From: Zygophlyctis sp. KS116
Taxonomy: Eukaryota > Fungi > Chytridiomycota
Assembly: GCA_054661495.1 (NCBI GenBank)
Contig: BAAFSQ010000273.1
Span: 1-13,274 of the forward strand
Direction: 5' to 3'
DNA: 13,274 bases
This document shows positions 6,927 to 13,274 of the stretch, one piece after another. The position numbers and the translations under genes were made by a program. Position 1 is the stretch's first letter. Every line of letters begins with the position of its first letter. The notes under the pieces are model-generated. The model was not told the DNA's origin. It searched no databases and was given only the letters and a program-made list of their open reading frames with translations.

Positions 6927-9063
6927 TTATTTGGAATAGTATCGCCAAGCATCCCGTAGGTATTGAGTAATCCTTGCACAATCATGATTAGTTCCAGATC
7001 CATTCAGATAATCATCCACATCAGTAATATTGCTAAACAATTCAAATAATTCAATATCAACATTTATCGAGTCTTGCAAACGTCCTTTGCGCTGATAAAT
7101 GGCTGAAAGTGCTGTCATTGGCGGCAATAATTTGAGTAGAAATTTGGTTTGACCATTTTTTTTGTAAATATCCTTGATACCTTGGATATTTTGTTGTAAT
7201 AAAGGAATTGCGCGATTATCAGATTGTCTTACACGGGGAGAGATCTTATCCTTGAATTCTTTTTCTAATCTTAGAAATTTAGATTTTTCAAAGTTTGATT
7301 GTGCTTTACACAGTCCACATTCGCAATTAAATCCATATTTTATCATACTCTCATTTTTTTCTTCTAGATCTAAATTTGGCGGTATATAAGGAATGGTGAT
7401 TTCTTCATCAGCTTTGATAAATTTAGAGGAAACAATCACCATAAGATCTCCAAGAAAACAATATAACGCATTTGAAGCACAAGCATGATTAAAAAGAGAA
7501 CATGGTGCCCAAAGACCACAACCGATATCTTCGAGCTGTTCATCTGCATTTCTCATATTTGGAAGTTTGTGAATACCAAAACTATTATAGCTGCAGATAC
7601 TGTAGATGCGATCTGCATCAATAAATCCTATTTCATCCTTCTTTATTGGTTTAATATCCGGTCCCGACCATAATTGATAAATGGATTCGCTAAGAGATGG
7701 ATTTTTGAGCATTTCCTGAATGACATAAATCATATTTCGCATCTGATCATCTGAAGACATAATTTTTCTTTTGAGATAGAGTCCGATTAATGTATCCCCA
7801 GATACACGTTCATTTGGGAAGAACGCTGAAAAGGCTTTTGAAACTACCAACAATGTGCCAGGCGAAATATCGCATTTTGCAAACACACCTCTGCCTTTTT
7901 GTTCAGAAATATATCTTATCTCAATAGAATCGGTATTCAAGTAATCCGCCACATCATGTCGAATACCAATGGAAGGATATTTACTATCTGCAGCAACAAG
8001 ATCTTTCCAATTATAATCCCCGGTATTCTTCTCTTTTATTCGCTGCTTACACTTTGAAAGTTCATTCTCGTTGGAGCCATCAATATTTGCCAACTTTTCA
8101 TAATGAATTAACGCCTTATCGAATAATCTTAGATTATATAGAGATCGAGCAGCTCTTTGCAACGCCTTGACATTATCTGGCTTAAATTCAAGCACAAAAG
8201 TTGCATCTTTTACTGCATCATCAAATCTCTTGATTGTCAAGTAAGCACCGGAACGATTAAGAATCATAATCAATTTAAGATCATTTTGCTCGCCTTCACT
8301 TACTTTAACTGAATCAATCCCAATGGAGTATGCTCGAATAGCATCTTTGTAGTTTCCTTTTGTGTAAAGTTCATTTCCTCTACTTTTCCATTCAGCAGTA
8401 CAGGTTGGGGTAGGATGAGCATATACTCTATCAGTGGCCCGTAAGGCATATCCCCAATCGTTAATCAATTCAATATTAAGTGCATGGTAATTCTCATCTT
8501 TGTAATTTATAATAACTACATCAGTTGGAGAATCGCATCGTATCATTGCAGCGCCATTAACTCCCAACTTGAAATATGGCTCTTTAATTAGCAAAACTGA
8601 GTCTTTCAGTAGATAAAGGTCAGGATTTTCACTTAAATCTTTCACAAAGTTGTAAAGAGAAAGCAAAACTACCTGCCCAGTTTCGTCTTCTACAATCGTT
8701 GATAGACCAACGACAAGATTTGGAGAAGTGATAGTTCGCAAGAGTATATAACTTCCCTTGTGCCAAGTTTCTAATCTTAAGTCATCAATGAGTATTTTGG
8801 TTAGTGATTTTAGATCAGAAACTTTTGAATGATAAAAATCGAATATTGTAGTTTGGCGAACTCTGCCCGCACTCTGTAATTTAGTAAATATATGTAATTA
8901 CTTTGGGAGAAATAGAAAGATTTTGCAGACGATCTCTTTCAAAAGATAAAGTATAAACGAATCGAGGTAGAAGTTCTGGTTTTTGTCCTTTTCTTTTCTG
9001 CACAGACTCATATTGCTTCAGTGCTAGTGAGTAGTATCTTGAAAAAGCTTCCATTTTTTCCAT
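6927..9063 (-). CDS. TPR + SET-domain putative lysine methyltransferase, 2 exons, about 702 aa (C-terminus uncertain)
   Basis: A 28-nt intron at 8901-8874 joins exon 9063-8902 to 8873-6927 (LTKILIDDLRLETWHKGSYILLRTITSP...LIKEPYFK...IRCDSPTDV). TPRs: WKSRGNELYTKGNYKDAIRAYS; LNRSGAYL...PDNVKALQRAA. SET: KGRGVFA, FNHACASNA, EEITIPY. Post-SET: FNCECGLC. Confidence 0.88.
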
Positions 9064-9100
9064 TTTCAAAACTGTTCCCCTAGCCAATCTTAAGGCATTG

Positions 9101-9171
9101 TTGTTGTCCGCATATCGTCCAGGTATTGGCAGAGAGATGTACTTGAAACGAAATCGGACAACAATCGGACA
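9101..9171. promoter_or_regulatory. CGGACA motif cluster (inverted plus direct repeats) upstream of the TPR-SET gene
   Basis: TTGTTGTCCG (9101-9110) is the exact reverse complement of CGGACAACAA (9155-9164). AATCGGACA is directly repeated at 9152-9160 and 9163-9171. The regulatory role is inferred from position only. Confidence 0.45.
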
Positions 9172-9230
9172 CGTTTTTCTACATAATTTGATGGTTCAAG
9201 AGATTATTGATTTACTTAAAGCATGATTTT

Positions 9231-12064
9231 TTATTCATTTTTGACATGCTGAATTCCAAAAGTCCTCTCTAAAATAATTCCACCCATTCTCCCATGATGA
9301 AACGCCGTCCAGTTTGGCTTCTTTGTGTCAAGTTCTTCAAAAAATCCGCTTGAAATATTTCCCGAAACTTCAGAGTGATAGCATCTGATCTTCAGGCTTT
9401 TAATTCCAGATATAGACCCTCGAAGAAGGACTGTAGATTCAATACGATGACTTGCGCCAAAAGAACGCCTCATCAGGAATATAGGCTCGGACAAGTTGAG
9501 AAAAGGTTTGGGAAAATCTTTGATTGTCGACCAATGTTGATTAGAGTCAACATCCAACTCGATAGAGATAGGATCCGAACTGCTCCTAAATACTTGAATT
9601 GAACAAATTCTTGATTCTGGAGATCCTTGCCACTTTGCAGCTATGTAATTCTTCGATGTTTCTTTTTTCCAATGTAAGGTGATGAGAGATGATGGATCCA
9701 AATCTGACATGTGCCCTTTAAGAACTGGGACTGGAGCGGAATATTTGCACGAAGTTGAATCACGCTTATCCGCATGAGGTTTGCATGATGGAATAGCTAA
9801 AGCATCCATCCAATCTCTTGACACCTTTATGAAATCTGCAGAATTCATAGTAGGGGCAACCATCAATTCAACTTCAGAGGAATTCAGAGTGATGTCCCAG
9901 GAATGTGTAAACATGAACTTTTGAGGCATATTCACTGAGAAAGGAGAGATCCAAATGAGTGTCAAAAAAGAAGGTACAAGAATTCCACCAGATAAAACTA
10001 GAAAAAGCTTGGGATTGTTGTTGTAAATACCGGGGAGAATGTTGATAAACAAGACTACGATTAGAAATGAGAAAGCCATATCCACTACTAAGCTGGAAAG
10101 ACCTTCAGCAATCAAGGATGGGAGACCAATCATTACCTCCATTATGATATCCATCGTCATCAAAGACGGTAATGATGTAGAAATTACTAGTCCGATTATC
10201 CAAATATTAGAAAGAAGAATTCTCCTTGATGAATTCCAAAATCCTTCGAATGTTGAGCTGTTTTCAGTCATAGTCTCTACATCCATTTCAAATAACGAAG
10301 GTAAATTGTAAAGTATTACGATAGAAATCAAAGAAGAAAATGTCCAATCAAACACAAAATAAAGACTTGAAAAGTTGGCCGCTACTGCTAAAATCCATGA
10401 AAGAGTCAATAAAGAACACCAGAATCCAAGAAGGCCACGATGTATAAACAGGTAATCTGGTTTAATTGGTATTTCAGTTGAAGGTAAAAAGTCTTCATCC
10501 GATAAAGAAGAAGGCAAAACAATTGGATGGTAAACAGTTCCTGTAAGACCAAGAATTCGTTCTACCTTTGACCAGCATATACATGATAAACTAAAAGCTG
10601 CTAACACTGCGGCAGTTATCCATACCATATTCAGCTTGTATTGACCATATGAAGCACTGTGATTAAACACCCATTTTGTAACAGACAGGAAAAAACATAA
10701 GAAAAGTGCAGATAAAAATGAGAAAATAACCAAACAGTATTCCCTTAAAAAAGGTTTCAGCCTGTCTTCCCATATTGAAGTAGAACCATCATTTATGTAA
10801 TTAATCAAAAAAGATCCAATTGCGAAAAGAATACATGCAAAAATCAGTACTCCTTGCCAGATTCTAAAAGAAAGTCCTTTAAAAATAACAAAATAGTACC
10901 CATATAAATCATAATACACAAAATCAGGAATAGACAGAACCCCTAAAGGATCTTTTTCTTTTTGCACCAGAGGTAATTTATGAAGCCATTCTGGTGCATC
11001 AATAGCTTTTCTAACCATTGCTAAAAGATTTAGTCCCATTTGGAGCGCACTTTCAGACTTGTAATGTTCCATACTATCATGAGGAGTATGATATAGATAT
11101 CTATAAGAATAAAAGGCAATATCAACTCCTGGAAGCCCAGCTATCCCCGCATAAGGTCTATAATCTGTATCACTTTTTACATACTTCATCAATGTATTAA
11201 AAATTATAGATGCATGCGGATATGGAGCAGATTCTGCCAACTTTGCAACTTCAAAAGAATTAGTCCTAAAAAGTATTGAACGAGTCCCACTAGCAGTTCC
11301 TGTCCCTTCCAAGTTTATAAAAGCCTTTATATTCTTAAACCAAGGATGTAAAAGAAAAGCATATCCACCCAAAAGTCCCATTTCTTCTCCATTATTTATA
11401 TTAAAAACAATATCCATTTTTGGTACTTTAGAATTTCCCAATAATCGAATCACCTATCTTAAGTTTTTTTGAAAAATTACTTCTATTATCACTGCTACAG
11501 CTATTCCATCATCTGTTACTCCTAAAGACAAACTTGTACTATCATAATGTGCTGAAACTAAAAGCGAACTATTCCTTGACGCATTACCACGAATTCTAAC
11601 TACAATATTTGAAGATTCATAAAAGTTATTGTTTACAATTAAATTTGTAGAATCATTACTCCAGATCTAAAACTATTAGAGTTTCTAAATACCTCTATTG
11701 GAACGGTAGAATTGTCTGCGATAGAAATCAATTCTTGCAATAGATAACCTCTTACTTTCAAGTTTTCATTTGAATTATACATGTGTGGCCTTGAAGTGAT
11801 ATTCCGCAATACACTTTCTACATTTGTCAAACTAAACTCATGATGTGCCTTTATATTTGGCAATCCCATTCTTGTATTTAAGTAGTTCCAGACTGACCAT
11901 AGCAAAACCGCAAAAGTACTCATTGCAAATAGAATTGCAAGCGGTTTAACCTTTTCCAACCATACCGGAGAGACTGCATTATCTTGAGAATCTTGACTTA
12001 TATCATCTGAATCCAAAAGATTGGTATTTTCATCATTTGACGTTGTCGACTGTTCCACTAGCAT
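9231..12064 (-). CDS. M28 multi-pass membrane metallopeptidase (Pff1/ERMP1-like), 3 exons, about 926 aa
   Basis: Exons 12064-11693, 11666-11481 and 11453-9231. The middle exon, missed by the track, encodes SNIVVRIRG...LLVSAHYDSTSLSLGVTDDGIAVA. This is followed by NNGEEMGLLG, FINLEG, SDTDYR and YHT, then multiple TM helices. Confidence 0.92.
11454..11692 (-). other. Two micro-introns of the M28 gene: 11692-11667 (26 nt) and 11480-11454 (27 nt)
   Basis: GTATTT...TTTAG and GTAATT...GATAG flank the exon carrying the HYD and DDG metal ligands. Confidence 0.9.
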
Positions 12065-12254
12065 TTAAATTCCTTGCGCGAGAGCGAGAAAGTTCGGACA
12101 AAACTGATTCTTGGTTATTTTTAATTGTAATTGATGCATTTATGGCATCATTAATGGAATCATGAGCGCTATATAAGCCTATTAATGATAGTCGTCAGTA
12201 AAGGATCAAACGGTTTCAAGGATCGTCAAAGGAAAAATTGCAAAAAAGTGCTTC

Positions 12255-13274
12255 ATGTCAGACTTTTCCAAGGAGATTGTTAGGGAATTGGGACTAGCAG
12301 GGCCATGTGGACTATCATTAAAGGAATTATTTTCTAATCTAAATATATTGAAAAGAGATGATCAGTTTCAGCAGTTTGTTTTCAATAACTTGAAACTCTT
12401 ACAGTTGGGAATAATATTTACCGGATCTAAAAACAGTTTGGATTTGGAAGAACTAACAATGCAAGACTTTAAAAGTAATAGCCATTATAGATTTGTAGTC
12501 TCTAAAGATCAAAGGGAATGGGCGGTTTATGGCAGTTTTTATAAATCTCTTAATTTTTCTGATGCTACATTTCTTATATTTTCATTGATTGCTAAATGCA
12601 AGGCTTTTGGGATTTCTCAGGCTGAATTAGGAAAAGCTGCTAAAATGGAAGCCAAAAATATATTTCATCATTTAAAGGTTTTGGGGAAAGCAAAAGTTAT
12701 AGTAAAGTATCCAATCATACATAACAAGGTATATAATTTTCATTAAATCTAAAATAATAGGTAAAGACTCACTTGTGTATTCATTATGACTATGCTGATC
12801 AAAATCAGGGTTATAAGACTCATGTTCAATTAAGAACTACTTCTACAGATATTGTTACACAAGATGATTTTTCTTATGTAGACTCTGGAATAAATCATGC
12901 AGATTTGGTTAAAGTAAAGATAAGTTCAATGTTGGAAAATGCTAAAAATCAAATTTTAGCTACAGATGATTTGTTTGATGTGATTCAGGAAGAAAGTGCT
13001 GATTCTGTTTTGAGAAGGATTTTTAATAGAACTTTACAACAGATGCAGCATTCTGGGAATATAGAAATAGTCCATGTTAGAGTGGAAGAGGAAAAAAGTT
13101 TAAGAGCTGTAAAGTTGATTAAGCCTTTTAGACTAAGTAAGTCTAAAGATTTTACTGGTTTTGAAAAGAATTCTGCTTCAAGTATTAAATATGCTCTTAA
13201 AAGATCAAATGATTTGCTTTTAGATCAGTCTGGGATAAGTCAAGGGAGGTTTTTGGCTGATTTTGCAATTGAAT
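12255..13274 (+). CDS. TFC3: RNA polymerase III transcription factor TFIIIC B-block-binding subunit (Tfc3/Sfc3/GTF3C1), truncated at the right edge
   Basis: N-terminal EIVRELGLAGPCGLSL and a winged-helix segment (LIAKCKAFGISQAELGKAAKMEAKNIFHHLKVLGKAKVIVK). After a 32-nt intron at 12729-12760 the protein continues VKTHLCIH...KISSMLENAKNQILATDDL. Confidence 0.8.

Noticed and set aside
7174-7673. Plus-strand ORFs of 71 and 62 aa
   Set aside because: They are antisense shadows inside the SET domain.
9375-11200. Plus-strand ORFs of 75, 90 and 60 aa
   Set aside because: They are antisense shadows of the M28 peptidase.
12072-12092. GCGCGAGAGCGAGAAA resembling E2F or SBF sites
   Set aside because: The match is imperfect and occurs once, so it cannot be supported.
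1-13274. Operon, defence system, CRISPR array or functional gene cluster
   Set aside because: The genes are eukaryotic, spliced, in mixed orientation and functionally unrelated. I saw no repeat-spacer array, transposase or recognisable RNA gene.

Overview
This is AT-rich, extremely gene-dense eukaryotic DNA using the standard genetic code. It most resembles an early-diverging (probably zoosporic) fungus, inferred from a Dsf2/Nif1-like Sel1 protein, an Eps1-like PDI and a Pff1-like M28 peptidase alongside TRIM37. The ORF track is fragmented because the genes contain tiny spliceosomal introns. I reconstructed 17 GT-AG introns of 24-36 nt (median 27), all starting GTA. There are ten genes: a truncated signal-peptide gene (-), TRIM37-like E3 ligase (+), Sel1-repeat protein (-), rhomboid protease (-), membrane-anchored PDI (+), prefoldin subunit 2 (-), NDUFAF5 (+), TPR-SET protein (-), M28 membrane peptidase (-) and TFIIIC Tfc3 (+, truncated). 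Intergenic gaps are 2-240 bp, including convergent stop codons 2 and 4 bp apart and a 44-bp divergent gap. I saw no mobile element, RNA gene or CRISPR array. The notable biology is the miniaturised gene architecture rather than a novel gene cluster.
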